A stretch of 35,783 nt of DNA from a virus (Duplodnaviria; Caudoviricetes): positions 1-35,783 of the IMG/VR virus record IMGVR_UViG_3300034102_002954, one strand, 5' to 3'. Below the pieces are notes generated by a model. It did no database searches and had not been told where the DNA came from. It worked only from the letters and a program-made list of their open reading frames with translations. Both the position numbers and the translations under genes were made by a program. This document shows, piece after piece, positions 1 to 8,345 of the stretch (the first letter of the stretch is position 1; each line of letters begins with the position of its first letter).

Positions 1-504
1 ATATTCTTCTTCATTTGGTTTTAATCCACACCTTTGGGTCATTGCAGAGTACCAAAGTCCGATGCTGTGTGGATATCTTCGTTGAAATTTAAGTTTTAAG
101 TTATTACCTTTCGCTTCCCAAATAGTAAGTGTTTGGAATTCCCCTATAGCGTCAATAACCACCACACAACATTCATCAAACTTGCTGGTGAAATAACCAG
201 CACAAGCATGAGTATAATGGTGATCATAATACTTGATTGGAGCATCAACATACTTCTTGACGTTTTGGATCCATCCTTGACCAGCAAGAAGTTGTCTAAG
301 CGTTTTCTTATACGGGTTCTCATACCAACATACCAATTCTGGTTTTCCAAACTTCAATGCATATTCAATTATACCATCATTCAATTGGGGATCATTCTTG
401 ATTCCACTAAATCTCTCACTTTCACTGGCGAAAATGAGAGTGTCATTCATAAAAACAGAAAGTGCAGCATTGTGACTTTCAGAAGATATTCCCCAGGTTA
501 TCAT
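1..504 (-). CDS. Carbamoyltransferase, NodU/CmcH family (N-terminal part; runs off the left window edge)
   Basis: Not in the ORF track. Manual translation from ATG 504 gives MITWGISSESHNAALSVF...ASESERFSGIKND...DHHYTHACAGYFTSKFDECCVVVIDAIGEFQT...YPHSIGLWYSAMTQRCGLKPNEEEY, open to position 1. The H-x-A-A, ERF..K.D, HH..HA, D..GE and S.GL.Y motifs match the Kae1-like N-terminal domain of this family. Confidence 0.92.
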   Translation of the reverse strand, partial: MITWGISSESHNAALSVFMNDTLIFASESERFSGIKNDPQLNDGIIEYALKFGKPELVCWYENPYKKTLRQLLAGQGWIQNVKKYVDAPIKYYDHHYTHACAGYFTSKFDECCVVVIDAIGEFQTLTIWEAKGNNLKLKFQRRYPHSIGLWYSAMTQRCGLKPNEEEY

Positions 505-611
505 TTGTATATGAACGGATCTTTTTTATTTAATCTCTTTTTCAATTTTTTTACAAGATAATATTGTTTTATGTCATTTATTATTTTTTTTATTAATTTC
601 AATATTGACAT
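501..611 (-). CDS. Small basic peptide (36 aa) ending DPFIYK, translationally coupled to the carbamoyltransferase
   Basis: Manual translation MSILKLIKKIINDIKQYYLVKKLKKRLNKKDPFIYK*. Its TGA overlaps the carbamoyltransferase ATG (ATGA at 504-501). Confidence 0.55.
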   Translation of the reverse strand: MSILKLIKKIINDIKQYYLVKKLKKRLNKKDPFIYK

Positions 612-753
612 CTTTTTTCTTAATCTTATGCCGAACTAGGTATTTATCTAGATGTTCTTTGCACTCAAAATAACAAACTTTTTTGTCTTTACCATCATTA
701 TATTGTAACTTATATGGAAAATTTTCATATGGAAACTGTGGACTAGTGTTCAT
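574..753 (-). CDS. Small hypothetical phage protein (59 aa)
   Basis: Manual translation MNTSPQFPYENFPYKLQYNDGKDKKVCYFECKEHLDKYLVRHKIKKKDVNIEINKKNNK*. TAATG overlap with the stop of the upstream gene; just below the ORF-track length cutoff. Confidence 0.65.
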   Translation of the reverse strand: MNTSPQFPYENFPYKLQYNDGKDKKVCYFECKEHLDKYLVRHKIKKKDVNIEINKKNNK

Positions 754-1403
754 TAGGTTAGGTTTCTATCTTTTTTTGATCTTACTCCGTCCCATACTTG
801 TTTGTCAAGCCAATATTCATCTACATAATTAACATATTTTTTATTAGGATCATCAGTAATAAATTTAAAAATATTTGGATTACTATAATCTACAGGGAAA
901 TCCAAAAGTTCACTTACCCACTTCAAATAATGTTCCCTATGAAGAAAAAATGCTTCATTATCTAAGAAATGTATTTTAAAATTAGAAGGTATAAGAGTAT
1001 CATAATAATATTCTTGTGCTATGGGGATTGTAATTTCTCCACGAACTCTCAATTGTTGCTGTCCATTGATATTTTGATCCCTAACAATAATAGCAATCTG
1101 AACATCGATCCCAAAAGATAGTGCTCTTTCAACAACTTCTTTAATTTTTGGAGTATACCTAACGCCATCATAAAAGAATGGGCAACTTACATTTGCCAAC
1201 CAATAATCATATCCTTCAAAATCTTCTTCCTTAAGTTCTTCAGGATAAACCCAGTATCTTGCAAAGTATTCTTCATCACTGGGAACCCAATATTTGTCAA
1301 GAAGACTTTTCCATCCACCAACTTTAGGATGAGTACTAAACACCCTACTAAAAAAATGATTACCTGATCCCTGTGGTCCAGTAATAATTAAAAGTTTTTT
1401 CAT
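753..1403 (-). CDS. P-loop/sulfotransferase-like protein (TGPQGSGNH type, copy 1)
   Basis: N-terminal hydrophobic strand plus TGPQGSGNH...FSTHP resembles the sulfotransferase 5'-PSB loop; a later IIVRD strand is present. Paralog of 3320..3946. Confidence 0.6.
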   Translation of the reverse strand: MKKLLIITGPQGSGNHFFSRVFSTHPKVGGWKSLLDKYWVPSDEEYFARYWVYPEELKEEDFEGYDYWLANVSCPFFYDGVRYTPKIKEVVERALSFGIDVQIAIIVRDQNINGQQQLRVRGEITIPIAQEYYYDTLIPSNFKIHFLDNEAFFLHREHYLKWVSELLDFPVDYSNPNIFKFITDDPNKKYVNYVDEYWLDKQVWDGVRSKKDRNLT

Positions 1404-1407
1404 TTCA

Positions 1408-1764
1408 TCAAAAATGTTCGGTTATTAATTTAACTTTTTTTATTCCAATTGTATTGGGGGTTAATATTTCTTTTTTTGTTTTCTGCTCTAAATTATTTTT
1501 TGATGCAATAACAACAATAGAACTTTTATCCTTTAACAACTTTACTAAATCTTTCACATTTGTATTTTTATTTTTAGCAACTTCATATCTAACAGATATG
1601 GTTTCATCATCGACAAGATGAGATAAAATTTTTTCTGAAGTACTAATATTTTTTGCTACTCTATATCTAATACCATAGTGTTTATGTTTGGATAATTCAT
1701 ATAGTTCACTTTCAGGTGTTTCTATATTTTCAGATATTTCTATTAGTTTTGAGTAATTATCCAT
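1408..1764 (-). CDS. Leucine-rich-repeat-variant (LRV)/HEAT-like helical repeat protein
   Basis: Tandem ~24-aa repeats: IRYRVAKNISTSEKILSHLVDD and VRYEVAKNKNTNVKDLVKLLKD. Confidence 0.7.
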   Translation of the reverse strand: MDNYSKLIEISENIETPESELYELSKHKHYGIRYRVAKNISTSEKILSHLVDDETISVRYEVAKNKNTNVKDLVKLLKDKSSIVVIASKNNLEQKTKKEILTPNTIGIKKVKLITEHF

Positions 1765-1765
1765 A

Positions 1766-2476
1766 TTAGATTGATATATCTTTTAAATGATTTATTTTTT
1801 TTATCCACGTATAATAATACTTCTTTATAGATTTTTCGTCAATAGTTCCTAATTCCAACAATTCATATAAAATTTTTAAGTTTGAGATAGTATCTTCAAA
1901 AGAAAAATACCAATTAACATCCCAAATATAAAAATTTATTTTTTTTGATAAATTACAAAAAGAATACAGTTGATTTTTATCATTATATTTTTTCAATTCA
2001 TATTTATTTTGAATAATTCCTCGTATATAATTTTCATCATAACATATTTCTCCGTTTACATTCCAAACACATCTTCTCAATTTACAAAAAGCAGTAGTAT
2101 TTTTAAATAATATCACAGTGGAACTATTCCATTTCTCTAAGTGATATTTTAATACATTTGGTGTAAAAGGATGGTCTAAAATAAAAAAATATTTACCCTG
2201 AATTATCTCATTATTCAAATGAAAATCTTCCCAGATTACATTCATACTTTCTAATTTTTTCAATAAAAAATTAAGTTTATCGTCAATTGTAGATCCTACT
2301 TTATTACTAAAAGATAAACAATTAGCAAGAAATCCACCACCAGATCCACCATCAAAAATAATCAAAATTGAATTATTATTTTTATTGTTATCAAAATTTA
2401 AATAAAAATTTTTTATTCTACTATCATGGTCTGTATATTTAAAGTCATAGAGTGAAGGAAAGAAAGGTTGCCACAT
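1766..2476 (-). CDS. Sulfotransferase-like paralog family member A
   Basis: IIFDGGSGGGFLANCLSFS and WDVNWYFSFEDT motifs, shared with four other genes in the window. Confidence 0.55.
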   Translation of the reverse strand: MWQPFFPSLYDFKYTDHDSRIKNFYLNFDNNKNNNSILIIFDGGSGGGFLANCLSFSNKVGSTIDDKLNFLLKKLESMNVIWEDFHLNNEIIQGKYFFILDHPFTPNVLKYHLEKWNSSTVILFKNTTAFCKLRRCVWNVNGEICYDENYIRGIIQNKYELKKYNDKNQLYSFCNLSKKINFYIWDVNWYFSFEDTISNLKILYELLELGTIDEKSIKKYYYTWIKKINHLKDISI

Positions 2477-2478
2477 AA

Positions 2479-3327
2479 CTATACTTCAATTTTTCTAAGT
2501 CTTATCATAGTATTCATCCACAATTTGTAAAAATTTCTCAAATATTTTTCATTATATCCACCCAATCCAATAGCATCATAAAATTGTTTAATATTTAAAA
2601 TAGTATCTTCTTCAGACAAATACCAGGTTGCATCCCATATGTAATATTCCATTTTGCTTTTAATATCACAATATGAATATTTTTTTATTTTATCGTTATA
2701 TAATCTTTTCAACAATTCTTTTTTATCATCGGATAATTTAAAATAATCACCAATTTTTAATGGTATTTCTTCACACAAACCATATTCAATAGATTCTTTT
2801 AAAATACATCTCCTAAGATTGCAAAATAATCTTGAATTTTTTATATATATGATTTTTTTACAATTTTTCCAATTTTTTAAATGATAATTTATATTATTTG
2901 TTGTGTCAATAAAATTGGTTGATTGATCTTTTAATTTATTTAATGTATGTGTTTTTATAAAAAAGTACTTTTCTTTTTTTTTCTTTTTTATATCACTATA
3001 AGTAAAAAAATTATCATTAATAATAAAATCTTCCCAATACTTCTTTTGTGAGGAAAGAGAGTTATTCAAGAATTCAATTTTTTCAGAAATAGATTTAAGT
3101 GATGATGTAACATCATCACTTAACGATAAACAATTCATTAAAAAATTTCCACCAGAAGCAAAAGGATATACTACTAAAATTATTTTGTCATAATCTTTGT
3201 GTACAAAATGATAATTTCGATTAGAAGAAAAATCTTGACAATTTTCATAGGATATATAATCCCTATCTACTGACCCAGATAATTCTAATCTTATGTAATT
3301 TAATATATTAAGGTCATACCTATTCAT
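2479..3327 (-). CDS. Sulfotransferase-like paralog family member B
   Basis: VVYPFASGGNFLMNCLSLS, IKTH and WDATWYLSEEDT motifs. Confidence 0.55.
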   Translation of the reverse strand: MNRYDLNILNYIRLELSGSVDRDYISYENCQDFSSNRNYHFVHKDYDKIILVVYPFASGGNFLMNCLSLSDDVTSSLKSISEKIEFLNNSLSSQKKYWEDFIINDNFFTYSDIKKKKKEKYFFIKTHTLNKLKDQSTNFIDTTNNINYHLKNWKNCKKIIYIKNSRLFCNLRRCILKESIEYGLCEEIPLKIGDYFKLSDDKKELLKRLYNDKIKKYSYCDIKSKMEYYIWDATWYLSEEDTILNIKQFYDAIGLGGYNEKYLRNFYKLWMNTMIRLRKIEV

Positions 3328-3946
3328 TTACTTTTTTCAGAGAAATTCCTGTTTTATTACAATTATCTAGGAAATATTCTTCAACATGATGTACATACTT
3401 ATCATTTGGATCATTGGATAAAATATCATCAATTCTAGGATCATCCCAAGCAATTGGAATACCAACATTTAAAGATTTTAGATAATCGTGTTTGTAAAGA
3501 TAAAGAAGTTCATAACTTAAAAAGATTGGATTTGGAAACTGTGGTAACTGTTCCATGAAGTGTGGAAGAGTGCTCTCCTTTCTCAGTCTATTCTGTTGAT
3601 GTCTAAGAATATTTTGATCTCTACCAACAACAACAATTTGAGTTTCAATACCAAGTTTCTCAACTTCACTAGCAAACTTCACAATATTCGGTTCCCATTT
3701 AGTTTCTTGAATACCAAGAGGAACACTAATACTTGTAAAGAAGTAATCATGAGTAGACCAATCAAAGTTCTTAAGTTTTGATGGGTCTTTCCAATACTCA
3801 CAGAATGGTTCTGCAAACCTATGTGCTTCCCAATAATTATCAAGGAGCGTCTTCCACCCAAACACTTCTGGGTGCAGTGAGAATATCTTAGACCAAAGAT
3901 GATTACCAGACCCTTGTGGTCCAGTAAGAATTACCATTTTTTTCAT
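3320..3946 (-). CDS. P-loop/sulfotransferase-like protein (TGPQGSGNH type, copy 2)
   Basis: MKKMVILTGPQGSGNHLWSKIFSLHP...GWK.LLD.YW...RDQNI...LSYELL; clear paralog of 753..1403. Confidence 0.6.
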   Translation of the reverse strand: MKKMVILTGPQGSGNHLWSKIFSLHPEVFGWKTLLDNYWEAHRFAEPFCEYWKDPSKLKNFDWSTHDYFFTSISVPLGIQETKWEPNIVKFASEVEKLGIETQIVVVGRDQNILRHQQNRLRKESTLPHFMEQLPQFPNPIFLSYELLYLYKHDYLKSLNVGIPIAWDDPRIDDILSNDPNDKYVHHVEEYFLDNCNKTGISLKKVNE

Positions 3947-4887
3947 TATTTTATATCTTTAAAATTACTTATGGGAATATCATAATTATTCTTATTTTTA
4001 ACAAGTTCATTTAAATCTATGGGTACTGATCTTGAACTTAATTCATCTAGTTTTAAAATCCATTTATTATAATAATTAGTTATAGCTTTCTTATTAAAAT
4101 CATTAAATCCAAAAAGATCATAAAGTTCTTTAATATGAGATACAGTATCTTCTTCAGAAAAATACCAGTTTGTATCCCACACATACAATAACTTTTTATT
4201 CTTTAAAAATGATGATGAATTTATGTCAACACTTTTATAAGCATCTTTTAAAATTTCTTGTTCTTTACTAGAAAGTTTAAAAAATTCAGAAAAACTTGAT
4301 GGAATTGGGTGTTCTATTTTTGTTAATTTAAGTGGTTCATAACTCATATAACCAAGTCTACCATCAATATTTTTAAGTAGTTTTCTGATCTTACAGAATA
4401 AATCTGGATTTTTAAAATATATCATATTTGTATTGTTCCAGAATTCTAGATGAAGTGGTATATTTTTTGCTTCATGTTCGTGGACAAAAAAGTATCCATC
4501 TGTAGTATGCCATATACCTTCTTCTTTATTTTCTTCGTCTTCTTGAAATAACTCAGGATAATAATTATTGATGTAAAGATCATTCCAAAAAGTTCCTTTC
4601 TGGTTATCCAAATAATTGTTAAGTAATTGTATTTTTTCGTTCATATGAACGAATGAACTACAAACAGAATTACTTAACGATAAACAATTTGCCAAAAACA
4701 ATCCACCAGCACCACTTTGAAAAAATAAAACTATTACCTTTTCATAATCACGATCATAAAAAGACCTTTTAAGTTTTTTTCTTTGGTAATCAATATCTTT
4801 TGGAATATTGTCCCATTTAATATATTCAAGACTTCTATTTGACAGAGGATTCCATCTATGAGATCCTAAATTAATTTTCTTAGTCAT
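3946..4887 (-). CDS. Sulfotransferase-like paralog family member C
   Basis: FFQSGAGGLFLANCLSLS and WDTNWYFSEEDTVSHIKELY motifs. Start moved to ATG 4887 (MTKKINLGSH), which forms a TAATG overlap with the upstream stop. Confidence 0.6.
   Translation of the reverse strand: MTKKINLGSHRWNPLSNRSLEYIKWDNIPKDIDYQRKKLKRSFYDRDYEKVIVLFFQSGAGGLFLANCLSLSNSVCSSFVHMNEKIQLLNNYLDNQKGTFWNDLYINNYYPELFQEDEENKEEGIWHTTDGYFFVHEHEAKNIPLHLEFWNNTNMIYFKNPDLFCKIRKLLKNIDGRLGYMSYEPLKLTKIEHPIPSSFSEFFKLSSKEQEILKDAYKSVDINSSSFLKNKKLLYVWDTNWYFSEEDTVSHIKELYDLFGFNDFNKKAITNYYNKWILKLDELSSRSVPIDLNELVKNKNNYDIPISNFKDIK
4093..4179. repeat. 87-nt intragenic direct repeat, copy 1
   Basis: 86/87 identical to 5034..5120; the single difference is synonymous (TCT vs TCC, Ser). 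Confidence 0.9.
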
Positions 4888-5843
4888 TAGTATAAATCCC
4901 AAAAAGAAGTTATAGATTTATCAAAATTTTTTTCATCTTTAAGTAAATTTTGTATGTCATTAGGAATTTCTTTTAAGGAAAATTCATCCAATTTTGAAAT
5001 CCATTTCCTGTAGAATTCCGTCACAACATCAACATTAAAATCATTAAATCCAAAAAGATCATAAAGTTCTTTAATATGAGATACAGTATCTTCTTCGGAA
5101 AAATACCAGTTTGTATCCCATACGTAAAATAATTTTTTATTCTTTAGAAAAGAAAAACTGTTTAAATTTTCTTCGCTTTTATAAGCATTTTTTAAACTTT
5201 CCTGAGTTTCTTTAGGAAGATTAAAAAAATCTTTAAAGCTTTTTGGTACAGGATAATCAATTAAATCTTCTTTAACTTTTTCATAGCTAATGTATCCCAA
5301 ATTCCCATCTATATTTTTTAATAACTGTCTTATTTTACAAAATAGATCTGGATTTGTAAAGTATATTACGTTACAATTACTCCAAAATTTTAAATGTTGT
5401 TTTATATATCTTGGATTATGTTCATAAACAAAGTGATATTTTTTCCTAAAATACTCTTTGTTGTTCTGATGAACTTCTGGTGAGGTATTGTTTATATAAC
5501 AATCATTCCAAAAAACTTTTTGAGATTCAAGATACATGTTGAAAAATCTTATTTTTTCTTCAATATCTATGAATATACTACCAACATTATCGCTTAATGC
5601 AAGGCAGTTTGATAAAAATAATCCACCAGCACCACTCTTAAAAAAAATCAATAAAATATTTTCATAATCACGATCATAAAAATATCTACCTAAATTATCT
5701 CTTTGTTCATCTACATCTTCTGGTAGACTATCCCACTCAATATATTCAAGATCTCTATCAGATTGAACACTCCATCTATGTGACCCTATTCTAATTTTAC
5801 TAAAATCTAAAGAATTTTTTAATTCATCAACTTCTTTAGTCAT
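4887..5843 (-). CDS. Sulfotransferase-like paralog family member D
   Basis: FFKSGAGGLFLSNCLALS and WDTNWYFSEEDTVSHIKELY motifs. Start moved to ATG 5843 (MTKEVDEL), which forms an ATGA overlap with the upstream stop. Confidence 0.6.
   Translation of the reverse strand: MTKEVDELKNSLDFSKIRIGSHRWSVQSDRDLEYIEWDSLPEDVDEQRDNLGRYFYDRDYENILLIFFKSGAGGLFLSNCLALSDNVGSIFIDIEEKIRFFNMYLESQKVFWNDCYINNTSPEVHQNNKEYFRKKYHFVYEHNPRYIKQHLKFWSNCNVIYFTNPDLFCKIRQLLKNIDGNLGYISYEKVKEDLIDYPVPKSFKDFFNLPKETQESLKNAYKSEENLNSFSFLKNKKLFYVWDTNWYFSEEDTVSHIKELYDLFGFNDFNVDVVTEFYRKWISKLDEFSLKEIPNDIQNLLKDEKNFDKSITSFWDLY
5034..5120. repeat. 87-nt intragenic direct repeat, copy 2
   Basis: attaaaatcattaaatcc...gtttgtatccca; 86/87 identical to copy 1. 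Confidence 0.9.
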
Positions 5844-6094
5844 TTTATAAAAAATAAGTAAAACAAACCAGGTATAATGATAAAAAATTGTGGAAGGAAG
5901 TTCATTATAATTGAACGTTCCTTCCACTTAAATCCCACATAAGTCCAACCAGATGCTCCGATTAGTTGTAGGATGCTATTCCAAGGGGTTAGTCCCAGTA
6001 CATGAAACACCATTGCGATGAGTATTGTACAGGCACTAACCCACTTAATTACGCGAGTTTTATCTTTACGTCGTCTTGTTTCAAAATTACTCAT
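5840..6094 (-). CDS. Small three-helix membrane protein (DUF6552-like)
   Basis: IKWVSACTILIAMVFHVLGLTPWN...GASGWTYVGFKWKERSIIMN pattern with three hydrophobic segments. Confidence 0.6.
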   Translation of the reverse strand: MSNFETRRRKDKTRVIKWVSACTILIAMVFHVLGLTPWNSILQLIGASGWTYVGFKWKERSIIMNFLPQFFIIIPGLFYLFFIK

Positions 6095-6110
6095 AATAAA
6101 ATATTAATTA

Positions 6111-6785
6111 TCAGACGGCAGCAAAAGGAACAGCGGTGTTCTTGTTGCTAATTTCAAGAAGATCAGAACGCATTTGAGCAACCATTGCAAGAATACGATC
6201 CTGAAGATCAGCAGCACCTTCTACAAGTTTCTCAAGTTTCCAACCACCAATGTTAGCATGGAAACCCTCATCCTTAGCAATTGCAGCATAACGTGAAGAG
6301 ATGAAATCATCTGCTACACACTCTGCCATTTCGTTCCACACTGCTTCTGCACGACCCTCAGCAACGAGTTGGTATGCAGCAAGAGCAGCAGGATCTTCTG
6401 ATGCACCGTACTTATCAAGTAGAGTAGCACCCTTTGCTTGAGGAGCAGACTCTTCTGCAGCAAATGCAGCATCGACATCTACCTTTTCACCAGAGATATG
6501 CTCAATAACTTCCTTGACCATACGGAAATGCTTTGCTTCATCTTGTGCTTGCTTAGTCAGCAATTCAAGTTCTGTTACATCCATAGATGCAGGAGCAGCA
6601 GCAACTTCGGCAGCAATTGCCTTCATGTTCATTGCTTCATTTACCATACGACCACGGAAATGCTCAACCATATGCTCTTTGCTTGGGTTTGAAGCAAAGA
6701 AACGACGAACATTCACGCGAGACTGCTCAAAGAGTTCAGCGTTCTCTCTCTTAATTTTTTGTACAAATTCTTTTCCAGAAAGCAT
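6111..6785 (-). CDS. Ferritin-like superfamily di-iron protein
   Basis: Two E...ExxH halves (VNE...QDEAKH and VAEG...KDEGFH) in a helical protein; GGAG Shine-Dalgarno upstream. Confidence 0.8.
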   Translation of the reverse strand: MLSGKEFVQKIKRENAELFEQSRVNVRRFFASNPSKEHMVEHFRGRMVNEAMNMKAIAAEVAAAPASMDVTELELLTKQAQDEAKHFRMVKEVIEHISGEKVDVDAAFAAEESAPQAKGATLLDKYGASEDPAALAAYQLVAEGRAEAVWNEMAECVADDFISSRYAAIAKDEGFHANIGGWKLEKLVEGAADLQDRILAMVAQMRSDLLEISNKNTAVPFAAV

Positions 6786-6822
6786 TTTTTTAACTCCGTA
6801 GTAACCTACTTTAATTTATTAT

Positions 6823-6830
6823 TATTTATA
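6823..6830 (-). promoter_or_regulatory. T4-type late promoter TATAAATA
   Basis: Exact T4 gp55 consensus in the intergenic region about 40 nt upstream of the ferritin-like gene. Confidence 0.65.
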
Positions 6831-6859
6831 AATTTCAAATTACCATAACAATATAAATC

Positions 6860-6888
6860 ATTATAATAAAAAAACTATTTATTGTCAA
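6860..6888 (-). promoter_or_regulatory. Perfect sigma70-type promoter TTGACA-N17-TATAAT
   Basis: -35 at 6888-6883, -10 at 6865-6860, 17-nt spacer, intergenic. Confidence 0.85.
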
Positions 6889-6889
6889 A

Positions 6890-7762
6890 TTAAAAAATAT
6901 TTTTATCAAATGTGCTCTTATCTTCTGACAAATGTGTAATACTATTGAAATCTATAGTTCTCAGGTGATCTATTTTTTTTATCCATTCACTATAGTATTC
7001 TTTTATCGCTTCAGAATTGAAACCAGAAAGATTGAATAATTCATAAAGTTCTTTAATATGAGATACAGTATCTTCTTCGGAAAAATACCAGTTTGTATCC
7101 CAAGTATAAAATAGTTTCTTATTTTTTAAAAAAGAAAAAGGATGGAGATTATCATCACCACAATATGTATTTTTCCAAAATTTTTGTTGCTCTTCAGAAC
7201 ATAATCTATAGTTTTCTATAGATGTTGGTAGTTCTTCGGTGTCTATTCTTTTTATTTTTTCAGAACTAGTGTGAGAAATATACCCATCAAAATTTTTTAA
7301 AACTCTTCTAACTTTACAGAATAAATCTGGATTTTTAAAGTATATAATATTTAAATTTTTCCAGTATTTTAAGTGATATTTTATAGTTTTAAAATTATGA
7401 TCATACACTAGGGAATACTTATCTTTGTTTTCAGCGTCTCCATAATCAACGATTGAACTAAGATAAATGTCATTCCAAAATACTTGCTGAGATCTAATAC
7501 TTTTTTTTAAGAAATTTAATTTCTCATCTATATCCCCATATTTACATAAAAAGTTATCACTTAATGATAAACAATTACCTAAAAATAACCCCCCAGACCC
7601 ACTTTTAAAAAATATGAGAATTACGTTTTTTTGATTTGGATCAAATGTTTCATAACCCAAATTATTATAATACGATATATCCGTATATTTTTTATCAGTA
7701 TCTAGTATTTTATACTCTGGACGATTTATATCAGTCCACTTATAAAGTCCTATTAAAGACAT
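6890..7762 (-). CDS. Sulfotransferase-like paralog family member E
   Basis: FFKSGSGGLFLGNCLSLS, YFKNPDLFCK and WDTNWYFSEEDTVSHIKELY motifs. Confidence 0.6.
   Translation of the reverse strand: MSLIGLYKWTDINRPEYKILDTDKKYTDISYYNNLGYETFDPNQKNVILIFFKSGSGGLFLGNCLSLSDNFLCKYGDIDEKLNFLKKSIRSQQVFWNDIYLSSIVDYGDAENKDKYSLVYDHNFKTIKYHLKYWKNLNIIYFKNPDLFCKVRRVLKNFDGYISHTSSEKIKRIDTEELPTSIENYRLCSEEQQKFWKNTYCGDDNLHPFSFLKNKKLFYTWDTNWYFSEEDTVSHIKELYELFNLSGFNSEAIKEYYSEWIKKIDHLRTIDFNSITHLSEDKSTFDKNIF
7041..7102. repeat. 62-nt partial third copy of the intragenic repeat
   Basis: Identical to 5059..5120. Confidence 0.9.
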
Positions 7763-7766
7763 TGCC

Positions 7767-8345
7767 TTATTTTAATAATGTTACTAAAATATCATGATGT
7801 ACATTTTTAACTTCAATACTCTCGTTAAAATTATTCCATATCCATTGTTTATCAAAATATTCCCACTTACATTTATTTTCTTTACCAAATTTTAAAATAG
7901 CAGAATTTTGCTGCATTATTTCAGACATCATTATAGCACTATTTTTATATTGAGAATAATTTGGATATTTAATTTGAAATCCACCCGCTTCATGCCACCA
8001 GGCATAACTACTCATATCAGGTCTGTAAACCATCATGATCCAGTCATCAGGAAACCTCTCACGTATTTCACCTAGATAATAAGACCACTCATGACTTTTT
8101 ACAAGTTTACACCCCTGAGGTTCAATCCATGCCTGATCAATATAGTCTGGATCACGAATTGGTTCAAATTCCATACCAGGTCCAAAATATGCGCCTTTGT
8201 GTCCAGTATAACTATGATGAACGTATTCACGCTCAGGTGTGCGGTCAGAGGTATTCATACCAGACATCGTTTCTAATGTCTGGGCGATACCACTCCAACG
8301 GGATCCAGGAACTCCAGTAAAAAATATTCTTTTAGGTAATTTCAT
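7767..8345 (-). CDS. P-loop/sulfotransferase-like protein (TGVPGSRWS type)
   Basis: IFFTGVPGSRWSG, LVKSH and IMMVYRP occupy the positions of the sulfotransferase PSB loop, K-x-H and 3'-PB strand. Confidence 0.6.
   Translation of the reverse strand: MKLPKRIFFTGVPGSRWSGIAQTLETMSGMNTSDRTPEREYVHHSYTGHKGAYFGPGMEFEPIRDPDYIDQAWIEPQGCKLVKSHEWSYYLGEIRERFPDDWIMMVYRPDMSSYAWWHEAGGFQIKYPNYSQYKNSAIMMSEIMQQNSAILKFGKENKCKWEYFDKQWIWNNFNESIEVKNVHHDILVTLLK

Noticed and set aside
133-561. 142-aa plus-strand ORF and 68-aa minus-strand ORF (144..350)
   Set aside because: They are antisense or out-of-frame shadows of the carbamoyltransferase at 504..1, which has clear family motifs.
6438-6801. Plus-strand ORFs 6438..6692 and 6514..6801
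   Set aside because: Antisense to the ferritin-like gene and expected from its codon bias.
4093-7102. Repeats as a CRISPR array or DGR template/variable repeat pair
   Set aside because: They are in-frame parts of paralogous genes 1-2 kb apart. The single mismatch is T/C on the coding strand, not adenine-specific, and the window has no reverse transcriptase or cas gene.
8239-8343. N-terminal extension of the methyltransferase from GTG 8239
   Set aside because: It overlaps the opposite-strand gene by more than 100 nt; ATG 8344 has an SD-like sequence and gives a compact domain.
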